Part shown: positions 23,349 to 36,330 of the stretch, in pieces | Numbering within the stretch: the stretch's first letter is position 1 | Layout: every line of letters starts with the position of its first letter | Made by a program: the position numbers and the translations under genes | The notes under the pieces: model-generated | The model's database searches: none | Told to the model about the DNA's origin: nothing | What the model saw: only the letters and a program-made list of their open reading frames with translations | DNA from: Nemertoderma westbladi | Taxonomy: Eukaryota; Animalia; Xenacoelomorpha | Length of the DNA stretch: 41,900 bases | Reading direction: 5' to 3' | Assembly: GCA_032718475.1 (NCBI GenBank) | Contig: JAUCBJ010003978.1 | Span: 1 to 41,900, forward strand

Positions 23349-23629
23349 TTAAGATGTTATTTGTATTATAATAATACTTAATTTCGACTCCTTATATAAT
23401 TATAATAGTTGTGTGTATCAATTAACATTTGTTTTTGTGCTTTTGACTTACGTTAATAATATATTTGTATTATAATGCGTAATTACTAATTTCATAATGT
23501 AACCTTTAGGATACAAAAAAATTTTGTGTATATAGTAGTATTAGTTTATATTAGTATTAGTAGTACATGTAATAATGTGTGCACTATAATTAACATTTAT
23601 TTTTTGTGAACTACTGCGCTCCGCTTATT

Positions 23630-23817
23630 TTTGGAGGGTGTAGTGTAAAGTAGCCTGATTTAATACTACCTTGGATATTGATCCATATACATATATAACA
23701 CTGACTGCAGTACTGTAGTGTGCAGACATTTTTTGAGTTCTATATTCAACTACCGGTACCTAAATATAATACGGAACACAGAATTACAAAGGTTAAATAA
23801 AAATATACAAAGATACA
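23630..23817 (+). mobile_element. Putative PPT and 3' LTR of the Gypsy element
   Basis: Purine-rich ggagggtgtag, then TGTAAAG (23644), AATAAA (~23796) and ..TACA (23817). No second LTR copy is available to confirm boundaries. Confidence 0.45.
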
Positions 23818-23829
23818 TTTGGTGACTGT

Positions 23830-24716
23830 TTTCAGCAGTATCAATATAGATACTTACAAGGAGCCCGGGGGAAGAAGCCTATTAAAAGACTATTACAAAT
23901 AAACCTTGTCGGTCAGCAGTAAGTAAACTAAACAATTGTCTAAACTACAGTATAAGGCGTGCGTGGGGCTAGCTGACTTTGTGGCTCGTCCCACATAATA
24001 AAAAATGAAACTTTGCAATGACAACACACCCGGTTCTTTTAAATTTGCCAATTTGCCAAAAATGCCAATGTAGTAATGGTATTAAAATATAATTAAATTA
24101 ATTTACACTATTAATGCTTCAGCTAAAAAATGATGCTAATCGTATGCAATAAAAAAAATAAGAATAATATTTTTAAGAACATTCTACATATATCCTATAC
24201 AAAATAATCAGCCCAATGATTCGTGGAATAATAATATAATTCATTTTATTTTGTTTATTGACAACTCAACTATTTTCTGTCTATCCCTGAGAGCTGATAA
24301 AGGATGTGTAGACGCAGCCAGCAGCAGGAGGGGTGTAGTCAAGAAATTCTGCCTTGATGGAATTTTTTCTATCTCAGGCAGCCCTAAACTCAATCATTCA
24401 TACACAGCTAGCTGCTGCAGCAGTTCAGGCAGGAGTTGTTACTTGCTTTTACCATTGCTTTTAATTTCGCGACAAAATAATTTCAAAAAAACGAAATATA
24501 TCGAATACCACACATTGAATTGATCTGATATTTTGTAACGCGATTATGAACCACCAAAGCAATTTACTTGTAAAATTTCAACAAAATCGCCAGGCAGGAA
24601 GTGCCTGATCCTAGATAATTATCAGTCAGTCAGTGTATATATCCTGAGATTTTTACAGTAATGTATCCCTGAGATTCTTACAGTAAGTATCCCGCCTGTC
24701 GAGCGGGCTCCTAATT
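23830..24716 (-). mobile_element. Putative non-autonomous Helentron (DINE/HINE-like)
   Basis: Inverted sub-TIRs aggagcccg (23859-23867) and cgggctcct (24704-24712). Hairpins agtatc-aatata-gatact and cccgc-ctgtcga-gcggg. (cagt)n microsatellite. A related end lies at 6198-6305. Confidence 0.55.
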
Positions 24717-26091
24717 AAAATCTAAATAAAAATCCGGGGCGGGATCCTGTCCTGTCCCCCTTATCCTCACCAGAGCAACAGGGGCCGGGCTCTGAACGAA
24801 ACCACCACTAGAGCAACAGGGGCTCTGAACGAAACTTCGTCCATCGAAGATTCTTCCATCGTGAAATACCGGTTAAGCGAAATAGTAAAATGTACTACTA
24901 TCAAATTATAGTATTCTAGAGTAGTAAATAACCAATGGAGGACATCAGCGGACTAAAAGTACAATAATTTAATTGGTACATTATAACAACTCCCGTCCCT
25001 CTGCATAAATAATAAAAATGCCTGAAAGTGCGAGTTTATAGCTTTGAAAACCAGTATTTATTTTGCCTCCGACAGGAGGCAAATACTCCGACAAGATAAA
25101 TTTGATATAAGTAATCGTCCTTCCAATGTTTATTCATGAATTGTTGTTCATTAATTTAGCCTCGTTAGTTATTAACAATTCGAAACAGTAACACAAAAGT
25201 CTAAATTAAGCCATTTTTTCTTTTTGGTTGAAGTTCCTTTTTAATTCAGTATCTAGTTTGTTTCGCTCTAATTCTTTCTCCAGCCGCGACATCGAAACTA
25301 GATTTCTCCTCTTCTTCACAAATTTTCTTTTTTTAATTTTTTTTGTCTATTAGAATTCGGTTTTTCAATCATTCGTTTGTCATCTCCGACATTTTCTTTC
25401 TTTAGTTCTTTTTCCTCACTCCCGTTTCCCCCATTAAAGGATATTGGGCCAGTAAACGTAGCGTTGTAGAAAGTCCCCATTATTATAAAATTATATATTT
25501 ATTATAGCATACAACTACAATACAATATTTAGGTTCAGTACCGGTATCCTATTTTATTTATTAATTATATAATTTATAAATAAAAGTCTTAAGTACATAA
25601 ATTATCGTTAAAATATATGGTAATAAATTACTGTATGTGTACTTCCTCGTCGTTTGTATTAGTTTTTTTGGAAAGTAGAAATGTGTAAAGCTGAGAATTG
25701 GTACCTATTGAGCTAGAGTAATTTATGCTAAATACCGTATGAAAAATATCAAACATTTTATTGTAAGCTTACTCAGTAAATAAATGGCCCACGATTACTA
25801 ATACTACGTCTGGTAGATTCTTAATAAAGTGTTTAATGAATAATACTACATTGGGTTGGTTGAGTTGTGTGAAACATCAGGGCGACCTCGTTATTTGAAT
25901 AGTACATGATTGATAATTTACATTTTTGATTATGTTATGTTGTAATTAGTAAGTGTATAAATTAGAACAGGTTTTACTAAGTTAAGAGGTTCATTCAATT
26001 TCTTATTAAACAATTACGCTAAAGGCATTTAGTATTATGGCTCAATTTGCCCTCACTCCCACTACCTATTATGTATGTATATTATTGACTT

Positions 26092-26971
26092 GATTATGAA
26101 ATTTCGCCGTGGTGGACGTTTATGTACCGCAGATAAATTCTATTTCAACAGTTCCCCGGTGTCTATTGTTAATTCCTACCAATATCTTGGCGTGACCTTT
26201 CAAAGTTCATTAACCTTTACAAAACATATAACAAAAATTATGTGTAAAGCCCTATCAGCGATATACTCAATCAACAAACCAAACATTTTATCACTCCAGA
26301 CCGCAATAAAACTGTTCAAACTCAAAATAAGCCCAATTATTGTACTTTACGGTTTCCGTGAGATTTGGCCGTTTCTATCTGTCACCAACATGGTCACACT
26401 CGATAAAATTAAAGCCGCCTACCTTAAGAAAGTATGGTGTCTACACAAATCTACCTCAAATCGTCTCGTCACAGCTATCTGCAACGAAAACACCTTGATA
26501 TCTGAATTTGTTCAGCTCCTAAATCTACCTCACACACCCGTATACAAGCAATACCTGATTCTCATAAACGGAAAAATACAAGAGATTAATCCCCAATTTT
26601 GGAACTCACTGGCATTTACAAACCCCAGATGGCAGGACCCAAACTACACCAACCGACATATAATAACCCGCTTCAGCACTAACGGCTTCCACTACAAGAT
26701 TTGCAATAACTCGAGTTACCATGAGGCGCAAGACAGCTGTATATGTTCACTGTGCAGGGGGGCGGCCACATTATACCATCTGCTCGAATGCCCTGCAAAT
26801 CTCCGACCTTTGTGTTCCTGGGCAAGGTCCTAACTCTTCAAATAATTTTACCGTTTATTTATTTATTAAAGTAATTATGTTTTTATTGTAAATTTGAATT
26901 TGATCTAATTTTAATTAATGACCATATCGCCTATTTGCCATATCGCCTATTGGCGTAATAATAAATAATAA
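26092..26971 (+). mobile_element. 5'-truncated LINE (ORF2 C-terminus, 3' UTR, (AAT)n-like tail) with 14-bp TSD
   Basis: TSD tatattattgactt at 26078-26091 and 26972-26985. The frame is open to 26833 with VNSYQYLGVTF..L.F..HI and a terminal CSLC..HLLEC knuckle. Confidence 0.92.
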
Positions 26972-27183
26972 TATATTATTGACTTAGAATAGATGGAATA
27001 CAGTACATTAATGCAAAAATATCAGAAATATCAGAAATTTGGAAAAAAATGTGAATGACACAACTACTATATGTAATCGACCTTTTATTTCAGACAGACA
27101 GCTCTAAGTTCACCCCTAGAATTTAAGTTAACCCATAGGATCTAAGTTCACGCTTAGGATCTAAGTTCGCCCCAAGGTAGTTA

Positions 27184-27560
27184 ATACAGTCCTCGTTTCC
27201 ATTACAAGTCTCACTGTGATCGCATGTATGTCTTGTCACAACAATACTGTATATAACCTACAACATTCCCCCTAACGGTACAGTTTAAATGATATACATT
27301 AAATTTGTTAAACATTGTCAATTAGGAGTAGTTCAATACAGTACTCGTTTCCTTTACAAGCCTCGCTGTGCTCGTCCTGTAAATATTGTCTCAACAATAG
27401 TATACTCGTGAGTCTACAAAAGTTCCCCTACCGGTACTATATCTTTCAATGTGCTAAACATGATGGGTATATGACTATAGTTTGGGTAGTACTCGTCTCC
27501 TTTACGAAACTCTTTGCGCTCATCCTCTTTGTCCGGTTACCATTATATATATAGCCTACC
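27184..27560. repeat. ~151-bp diverged tandem repeat, ~2.5-3 copies
   Basis: agt.ctcgt.tcc.ttac.a core at ~27188, ~27340 and ~27488. Confidence 0.7.
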
Positions 27561-27775
27561 ATATTACCCTATCGTTAAGGATCAAAATGATATATCGTTC
27601 AATGCGCTAAACCGGGACCTTTTGAAGGAATAAGCTCACAAAGCCAAGTGAAATATTATGTTTGTTTCTTTCCATAGTTAAATTCATATACAGTAATACA
27701 GCAGCAACATTTTATTATAAAGACTGTCAGTGTTTTTTGGTTCTCTAGCGGATAGCAGGATAGTTTTTGTCTCGT

Positions 27776-27850
27776 GGTTGGGTGACCGAGCGATTTAAGG
27801 CGCTGGTTTAAGGCACCGGTCTCAATTTGGCGTGGGTTTGAATCGTACCA
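27776..27850 (+). pseudogene. tRNA-Leu-derived pseudogene or SINE head
   Basis: gtgaccgagcgatttaaggcgctggttaaggcaccggtctc..ggcgtgggtttgaatc follows eukaryotic tRNA-Leu (AAG-like anticodon) with broken stems. Confidence 0.7.
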
Positions 27851-28099
27851 TAACGAAGTAGATTATTGCATAAACGTTTTTATTAATTTTCGATTCAGTA
27901 TTTGTTTTTAATAATTAATAGCTATAAACTATAAAAAAATACTACCCTTTTAACATTTATATTTGTCTATCGATGGTCTTCTTATCAGCCAGCTTGTGGG
28001 CTTTCTAGTCAACCAATCAATAAGTATACGTCGATGTAGCTCTACATTGCATTTTATATACTGTAGCTTGGTATAGGTCGGTAAAGAATCTTTAAGATC

Positions 28100-29128
28100 G
28101 TCTAGGATATAAGTTCACGTCGTTTCCAGGATCTAAGTTCACGTCGTTTCCAGGATCTAAGTTCAATTCCAGGATCTAAATTCGTGTTTAGGATCTAAGT
28201 TCGCTTCCAGGATCTAAGTTCAGATCCTGGTTCTAAGTTCGCTTCCAGGATCTAAGTTCGCTTCCAGGATCTAAGTTCGCTTCCAAGATCTAAGTTCGCT
28301 TCCAGGATCTAAAAGTTCGCTTCCAAGATCTAAGTTCGCTTCCAGGATCTAAGTTCGCTTCCAAGATCTAAGTTCACTTCCAGGATCTAAATTCGTGTTT
28401 AGGATCTAAGTTCGCTTCCAGGATCTAAGTTCAGATCCTGGTTCTAAGTTCGCTTCCAGGATCTAACTTCGCTTCCAGGATCTAAGTTCGCTTCCAGGAT
28501 CTAAGTTCGCTTCCAAGATCTAAGTTCGCTTCCAGGATCTAAGTTCGCTTCCAAGATCTAAGTTCGCTTCCAAGATCTAAGTTCGCTTCCAGGATCTAAG
28601 TTCGCTTCCAGGATCTAAGCTCAGATATTGGTTCTAAGTTCACTTCCAGGATCTAAATTCGTGTTTAGGATCTAAGTTCGCTTCCAGGATCTAAGTTCAG
28701 ATCCTGGTTCTAAGTTCGCTTCCAGGATCTAAGTTCACTTCCAAGATCTAAGTTCGCTTCCAAGATCTAAGTTCGCTTCCAGGATCTAAGTTCGCTTCCA
28801 GGATCTAAGCTCAGATATTGGTTCTAAGTTCACTTTCAGGATCTAAGTTCGCTTCCAGGATCTAAGTTCGCTTCCAGGATCTAAGTTCGCTTCCAGGATC
28901 TAAGTTCGCTTCCAGGATCTAAGTTCACTTCCAGGATCTAAGTTCGCCTCCAGGATCTATGTAAGTTCAGATCTTGGTTCGTTCACTTCCAGGATCTAAG
29001 TTCGCTTCCAGGATCTAAGTTCGCTTCCAGAATCTAAGTTCGCTTCCAGGATCTAAGTTCGCTTCCAGGATCTAAGTTCGCCTCCAGGATCTAAGTTCAG
29101 ATCTTGGTTCGTTCACTTCCAGGATCTA
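28100..29128. repeat. 19-bp satellite (left part)
   Basis: Unit ggatctaagttcgcttcca, ~50 copies. A few diverged units also occur at ~27100-27175. Confidence 0.97.
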
Positions 29129-29650
29129 CCCAGTGAAAAATGCGCATGCGTATCGCGAGTGATTTTAAAGCGTCATGCGTTTTTATTGCGGCTCAATAAA
29201 TAGCGATAAAACTCTTGTGATTCGCATGTGAATCACATGTAAAATAGGGAAGCGATTCCACGCATGCGATTCACAACTTATTTTACGCATGTGATTCCAT
29301 GCATGAAAATCGCATGCGAATCACACCTCATTTAACGCTTATTTTACGCATGTTTTACACCATGAGAATATCATGCGTTAATTCCCATATGAATCGCATG
29401 TTTATAATTACACTAAAGATTATTAATTAAAATAAAGTTGCCTATCAAGAAATAAATAGTTTTAAAATATAAAATTGATGAATACGAATTATCTAATATG
29501 GCTGTCGAATACAGAGATTATATTAATATATTTTATAGAATAGAAAATTATAGGGAATAGTTAAAAGTGTATCATGGTTATTCTAATCTATTTGTATTAT
29601 CCTCTATATAACCAACCATTTCTAGTATTTATTCATACAGCATGTCTAAT

Positions 29651-32600
29651 CGTCACCTTCAAGGCAGAACCCCCTAAGTCGATTTTTGTAGTTCCGAGAT
29701 AATCGATAAAAACTGTTTATTTTTTAGAGAGATGCCTCAGTTTACTTGTTATTGTGTTTTTTGATAACTAAATATATATAGAATTCATATAATTAAACTT
29801 TCAATATGATTTAGAATTACCTTTGAAACATATTGCGGTTTTTTTGTAAAAATTCGGACTTATGGTGTTTTGCCAAAACAAAGGGGAACACCGTTTTCTG
29901 GTATTATCCCGTAACTATACGATAGTTGAGGGGTATTGCCTAGAAAACAAGGTATCCTCAATTTGGCAAAACACCATAAGTCCGAATTTTTACAAAAAAC
30001 ACGCAAAATATATCAAATAATAGCCAAGGCGTATCGTACGTCCTTAATAATTTAGTGCGCAATTAATTTAATACATGTGCGCATTTGTTATTAGCTAAAA
30101 CGTGCTATCTAACATGTTAACTAGCACATGAGCAGGTGTTAGTATTACCTGTGAACGCAATAATAACAAATAATCACATACAATACAGCTAACACACTTG
30201 CGCACATGTTGGAAATTTTTGAATTCAAAATCAAAGAGCTCCATAAGTTTTTGATATTTTGGAATTAATTGCTTCTAAAATATTTACGGGACTGTAGTTA
30301 GAATCATGTATCAATAAAAATTGAACAAAATGTAGCCAAATGCAGAACTATAAGAACAAAATTTAGATTCAAGAAAGCGGAACTCTAAGTACAAAATATA
30401 GCCATGGGTGGTACTCTACAGTAAGAACAAAGTCTAGCTACAGGGTTACAGCTACGTTAAAGTAAAGTTCACTTCAGTACGTCATGACGAATAATTAAAG
30501 ACCTGTTTTTTCTACAGTACGTGGTAACATTTTGAGCAACTCTATCAGCAACTTAGTGAGCATGTCAGGTTGCCGATCAAGTTGCTCTATATAAACGCGA
30601 AGTTTGTTGCTGTAAAATATGCCTCATATAACGGAGACTAAAAGTTAATGTTACTCAAATTAAGTTGCTTGTTACTGACCAAGTTATCCAAAACGTCCTG
30701 AACCCCATAGCAACTTGGAGACAAACATTAAATGAGGGACAGATATTTATCAGCGCCACAAACATTAGTGTGGGACAAACATTAATCAGGGTGACAAACA
30801 TTAATGTGGGACATAAACATTGATGTAGGACACAAACAATAATGTGGGACATAAACATTGATATAGGACACAAACATTAATGTGGAACACAAACATTAAT
30901 GAGGGACACAAACATTAATGAGGGACACAAACATTAATGAGGAACACAAATATTAATGAGGGACACAAACATTAATGAAGGACACAACATTAATGAGGGA
31001 CACAAACATTAATTGAGGGACACTAACATTAATGAGGTACACAAATATTAATGAGGGACACAAACATTAATGAGCGACACAAACATTAATGAGGGACACA
31101 AACAATAAACGAGGGACAGATATCAATCAAGGGCACAAACATTAATGAGGGACACAAACATTAATGAGGGACACAAACATTAATGAGGGACACAAACATT
31201 AATGAGGGACACAAACATTAATGAAGAACACAAATATTAATGAGGGACACAAACATTAATGAGGGACGCAACATTAATGAGGGACACAAACATTAATGAG
31301 ATACACAAACATTAATGAGGGACACAAACAATAAACGAGGGACAGATATCAATCAAGGGCACAAACATTAATGAGATACACAATCATTAATGAGGGACAC
31401 AACATTAATGAGGGAAACAAACATTAATGAGATACACAAACATTAATGAGGGACACAACATTAATGAGGGACACAAACATTAATGAGATACACATACATT
31501 AATGAGGGACACAAACATTAATGAGGGACACAAACATTAATGAGATACACAAACATTAATGAGGGACACAAACATTAATGAGAGACACAAACATTAATGA
31601 GATACACAAACATTAATGAGGGACACAAACAATAAACGAGGGACAGATATCAATCAAGGGCACAAACATTAATCATGGGCACTATCGCCCTTCGCACTTA
31701 GTATGATTCATGTTACCACTCATACATACATACACACATACAATATATTACAGTATTACAATTCTCATTACTGTCAAGCAATAAAATAACAACAATAAAT
31801 AATAACATATTAATCTGACCAAACCAATAAACTATGTTATTGCCAATTGAAGGAAAGGATCAGGTTACAGAGATGGTTTTTCTAACCAAAACAATAAACG
31901 ATGTTGTTACTAAAAAGGGAAGGAGTAGGAGTAAAAAAATGATGAACATGAGGGGGAGACAGGAATGGGGGGGGGGGGGGGGGTAACATGAATGGTGGTT
32001 GTAGGAGGTAAATTGAAAATATGGGGGTATACCAGCCGGGGGGGGGGGGGGGGGGTAGCAGAAAACAGGCAGCTGAACAACGTAACCGAACGTCGCTTTC
32101 AATTAATTTCCATCTAATTAGGAAGATGGAATGTATACGAAACGGCGGTACTTTGATCGAAGCTCACGTTCCCATGGTAGTATTTTTTCCAGTTAATCAC
32201 TTAATATCTAATCGTCTGATGGCAAGCATCACCATCGCTCATATTAATATCCATTGGCAACCATGGACCCCTGCCCTATTAATGTTTTGTGTCCCTCATT
32301 AATGTTTGCGTCCCTCAATAATGTTTGTGTCCCTAATTAATATACAAACCAGTATATAAATGATAAATTACGGGGTTTTGCCAGGCTATTGTTTCTGATT
32401 TAAGGGGTTTTACAGGTTGTTATTTCTGATTTAAGGGGTTTTGCCAGGTGGACTGAATTTCATATACTTGAATTTACGGTGTTTTGCAAGCCAATTATTG
32501 ACTTGGGGGGTTCTGCCTCGAAGTGGGCATAAGTTACGGGGAACTGTCTTTGGCTTATAACTCAAAAATGGCTGGTAGAAAAGCTTCGGGGTTCTGCCAG

Positions 32601-32689
32601 ACGAAAAAGCCGATATCGAATTACCCAAAAAGTCAAAAACATGAAAATCGAAAAAAATCGACTTAGGGGGTTCTGCCTTGAAGGTGACG
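29651..32689. mobile_element. Nested non-autonomous DNA transposon (Sola1-like)
   Basis: Perfect 37-bp TIR cgtcaccttcaaggcagaaccccctaagtcgattttt. 4-bp TSD TAAT (29647-29650, 32690-32693). Superfamily call tentative. Confidence 0.85.
30720..31675. repeat. 19-bp minisatellite gagggacacaaacattaat, ~50 copies; inverted copies at ~32277-32342
   Basis: Direct reading of tandem units. Confidence 0.95.
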
Positions 32690-33104
32690 TAATGTTCTAA
32701 GTCTAGAGAGTGTAATGTAATGTAATGTAATGTAATGTAAGGTAAGTACAGTAGGCAGATGATACGGAAGCCCATAGTATCAAACAGTAGTGGAATAATC
32801 AACTACTGTATCATATTTTCTGTCACAAAGGTCTCAATATATTACACAAAACTCACAACCAGTAGATTTTTGCAATATTTATGCGCCATGACGCTTGAAA
32901 GTCGCAAGTGAATCGCATGCGAGTTTTATGCGACTGAACGCAAGTTGTTGTGATTTTTATGCGACTTAACGCAAGTTGTTGCGATATTTATGTGACATAA
33001 CTCAAGTAAATCGCTTGCGTAAAGGTCGGGCCATAACTCTTGGGAATCACTTGAGATACGCCTGCGTTGCACGCTTGCGATACGCTTGCGCACTTTTCAC
33101 TGGG

Positions 33105-36100
33105 TAAGTTCGCTTCCAGGATCTAAGTTCGCTTCCAGGATCTAAGTTCGCTTCCAGGATCTAAGTTCACTTCCAGGATCTAAGTTCGCCCCCAGGATCT
33201 ATGTAAGTTCAGATCTTGGTTCGTTCACTTCCAGGATCTAAGTTCGCTTCCAGGATCTAAGTTCGCTTCCAGAATCTAAGTTCGCTTCCAGGATCTAAGT
33301 TCGCTTCCAGGATCTAAGTTCGCCTCCAGGATCTAAGTTCAGATCTTGGTTCGTTCACTTCCAGGATCTAAGTTCGCTTCCAGGATCTAAGTTCGCCTCC
33401 AGGATCTAAGTTCGCTTCCAGGATCTAAGATCGCTTCCAGGATCTAAGTTCGCCTCCAGGATCTAAGTTCAGATCTTGGTTCTAAGTTCACTTCCAGGAT
33501 CTAAGTTCGCTTCCAGGATCTAAGCTCAGATATTGGTTCTAAGTTCACTTTCAGGATCTAAGTTCGCTTCCAGGATCTAAGTTCGCTTCCAGGATCTAAG
33601 TTCGCTTCCAGGATCTAAGTTCGCTTCTAGGATCTAAGTTCACTTCCAGGATCTAAGTTCGCTTCCAGGTTCTAAGTTCAGATCTTGGTTCGTTCACTTC
33701 CAGGATCTAAGTTCGCTTCCAGGATCTAAGTTCGCTTCCAGAATCTAAGTTCGCTTCCAGGATCTAAGTTCGCTTCCAGGATCTAAGTTCGACTCCAGGA
33801 TCTAAGTTCAGATCTTGGTTCGTTCACTTCCAGGATCTAAGTTCGCTTCCAGGATCTAAGTTCACCTCCAGGATCTAAGTTCAGATCTTGGTTCTAAGTT
33901 CACTTCCAGGATCTAAGTTCGCTTCCAAGATCTAAGTTCAGATCTTGGTTCTAAGTTCACTTCCAGGATCTAAGTTCGCTTCCAGGATCTAAGTTCGCTT
34001 CCAGGATCTAAGTTCGCTTCCAGGATCAAAGTTCGCCTCCAGGATCTATGTAAGTTCAGATCTTGGTTCGTTCACTCCCAGGATCTAAGTTCGCTTCCAG
34101 GATCTAAGTTCGCCTCCGGGATCTAAGTTCGCTTCCAGGATATAAGCTCAGATATTGGTTCTAAGTTCACTTTCAGGATCAAAGTTCGCTTCCAGGATCT
34201 AAGTTCGCTTCCAGGATCTAAGTTCGCCTCCAGGATCTAAGTTCGCTTCCAGGATCTAAGTTCAGATCTTGGTTCGTTCACTTCCAGGATCTAAGTTCGC
34301 TTCCAGGATCTAAGTTCGCCTCCGCTCCCGGATCTAAGTTCGCTTCCAGGATCTAAGTTCGCCTCCAGGATCTATGTAAGTTCATATCTTGGTTCGTTCA
34401 CTTCCAGGATCTAAGTTCGCTTCCAGGATCTAAGTTCGCTTCCAGAATCTAAGTTCGCTTCCAGGATCTAAGTTCGCGTCCAGGATCTAAGTTCGCCTCC
34501 AGGATCTAAGTTCGCCTCCAGGATCTAAGTTCAGATCTTGGTTCGTTCACTTCCAGGATCTAAGTTCGCTTCCAGAATCTAAGTTCGCTTCCAGGATCTA
34601 AGTTCGCTTCCAGGATCTAAGTTCGCCTCCAGGATCTATGTAAGTTCAGATCTTGGTTCGTTCACTTCCAGGATCTAAGTTCGCTTCCAGGATCTAAGTT
34701 CGCTTCCAGAATCTAAGTTCGCTTCCAGGATCTAAGTTCGCCTCCAGGATCTAAGTTCAGATCTTGGTTCGTTCACTTCCAGGATCTAAGTTCGCTTCCA
34801 GGATCTAAGTTCGCCTCCAGGATCTAAGTTCAGATCTTGGTTCGTTCACTTCCAGGATCTAAGTTCGCTTCCAGGATCTAAGTTCGCCTCCAGGATCTAA
34901 GTTCAGATCTTGGTTCGTTCACTTCCAGGATCTAAGTTCACTTCCAGGATCTAAGTTCGCTTCCAGGATCTAAGTTCGCCTCCAGGATCTATGTAAGTTC
35001 AGATCTTGGTTCGTTCACTTCCAGGATCTAAGTTCGCTTCCAGGATCTAAGTTCGCTTCCAGAATCTAAGTTCACTTCAAGGATATAAGTTCGCCTCCAG
35101 GATCTATGTAAGTTCAGATCTTGGTTCGTTCACTTCCAGGATCTAAGTTCGCTTCCAGGATCTAAGTTCGCTTCCAGAATCTAAGTTCGCTTCCAGGATC
35201 TAAGTTCGCTTCCAGGATCTAAGCTCGCCTCCAGGATCTAAGTTCAGATCTTGGTTCGTTCACTTCCAGGATCTAAGTTCGCTTCCAGGATCTAAGTTCG
35301 CTTCCAGAATCTAAGTTCGCTTCCAGAATCTAAGTTCGCTTCCAGGATCTAAGTTCACTTCCAGGATCTAAGTTCGCTTCCAGGATCTAAGTTCGCTTCC
35401 AGGATCTAAGTTCGCTTGTAGGATCTAAGTTCGCTTCCAGGATCTAAGTTCGCTTCCAGGATCTAAGTTCGCTTCCAGGATCTAAGTTCACTTCCAGGAT
35501 CTAAGTTCGCTTCCAGGATCTAAGTTCGCCTCCGGGATCTAAGTTCGCTTCCAGAATCTAAGTTCGCTTCCAGGATCTAAGTTCGCTTCCAGGATCTAAG
35601 TTCGCCTCCAGGATCTATGTAAGTTCAGATCTTGGTTCGTTCACTTCCAGGATCTAAGTTCACTTCCAGGATCTAAGTTCGCTTCCAAGATCTAAGTTCG
35701 CTTCCAGGATCTAAGTTCGCTTCCAGGATCTAAGTTCGCTTCCAGGATCTAAGTTCGCTTCCAGGATCTAAGTTCAGATCTTGGTTCGTTCACTTCCAGG
35801 ATCTAAGTTCACTTCCAGGATCTAAGTTCACTTCCAGGATATAAATTAATATCATGGATCTAAGTTCGTGTTTAGGATCTAAGTTCGCTTCCAGGATCTA
35901 AGTTCAGATATAGGATCTACGTTTGCTTCCAGGATCTAAGTTCATATCTAGGTTCTAAGTTCACATCTAGGATCTATGTTCATGTTCCTTTCGGATCTAA
36001 GTTCATATTTAGGATCTAAGTTCGCTTCCAGGATCTAAGTTCACATCTATGGTGTATGTTCACGTTGCTTTTGGATCTAAGTTAGTATCTAGGATATTAG

Positions 36101-36330
36101 TTCGCTTCCAGGATCTAAGTTCATATGCAGGATCTAAGTTCGCTTCCACCATCTAAGTTCGGATCTAGGTTTTAAGTTCGCTTCCAGGATCTAAGTTCAA
36201 ATCTAGGATCTAAGTTTGCATTCAGGAAGTTCGTATCTAGGATATAAGTTTGCTTCCAGGATCTAAGTTTGGATCTAGGATCTAATTTCACACACTTCCA
36301 GGAACTAAGTTCGCTTCCAGGATCTAACTT
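33105..36330. repeat. 19-bp satellite (right part) with higher-order variants
   Basis: Same unit, roughly 170 copies, resuming in register after the insertion and degenerating toward 36330. Confidence 0.97.

Larger units (their letters stand above)
29129..33104. mobile_element. Non-autonomous EnSpm/CACTA-like element inserted in the satellite
   Basis: TIR cccagtgaaaaatgcgca / tgcgcacttttcactggg. TA duplicated (29127-29128, 33105-33106). Subterminal cgcatg/cgcaag repeats. Superfamily inferred from CCC termini plus 2-bp TSD. Confidence 0.85.

Noticed and set aside
27776-27850. Functional tRNA-Leu gene
   Set aside because: The acceptor stem, D loop and T loop are mutated, so it is kept only as a pseudogene.
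28100-36330. CRISPR array or telomeric repeat
   Set aside because: Head-to-tail 19-mers without spacers; interstitial, with degenerate edges.
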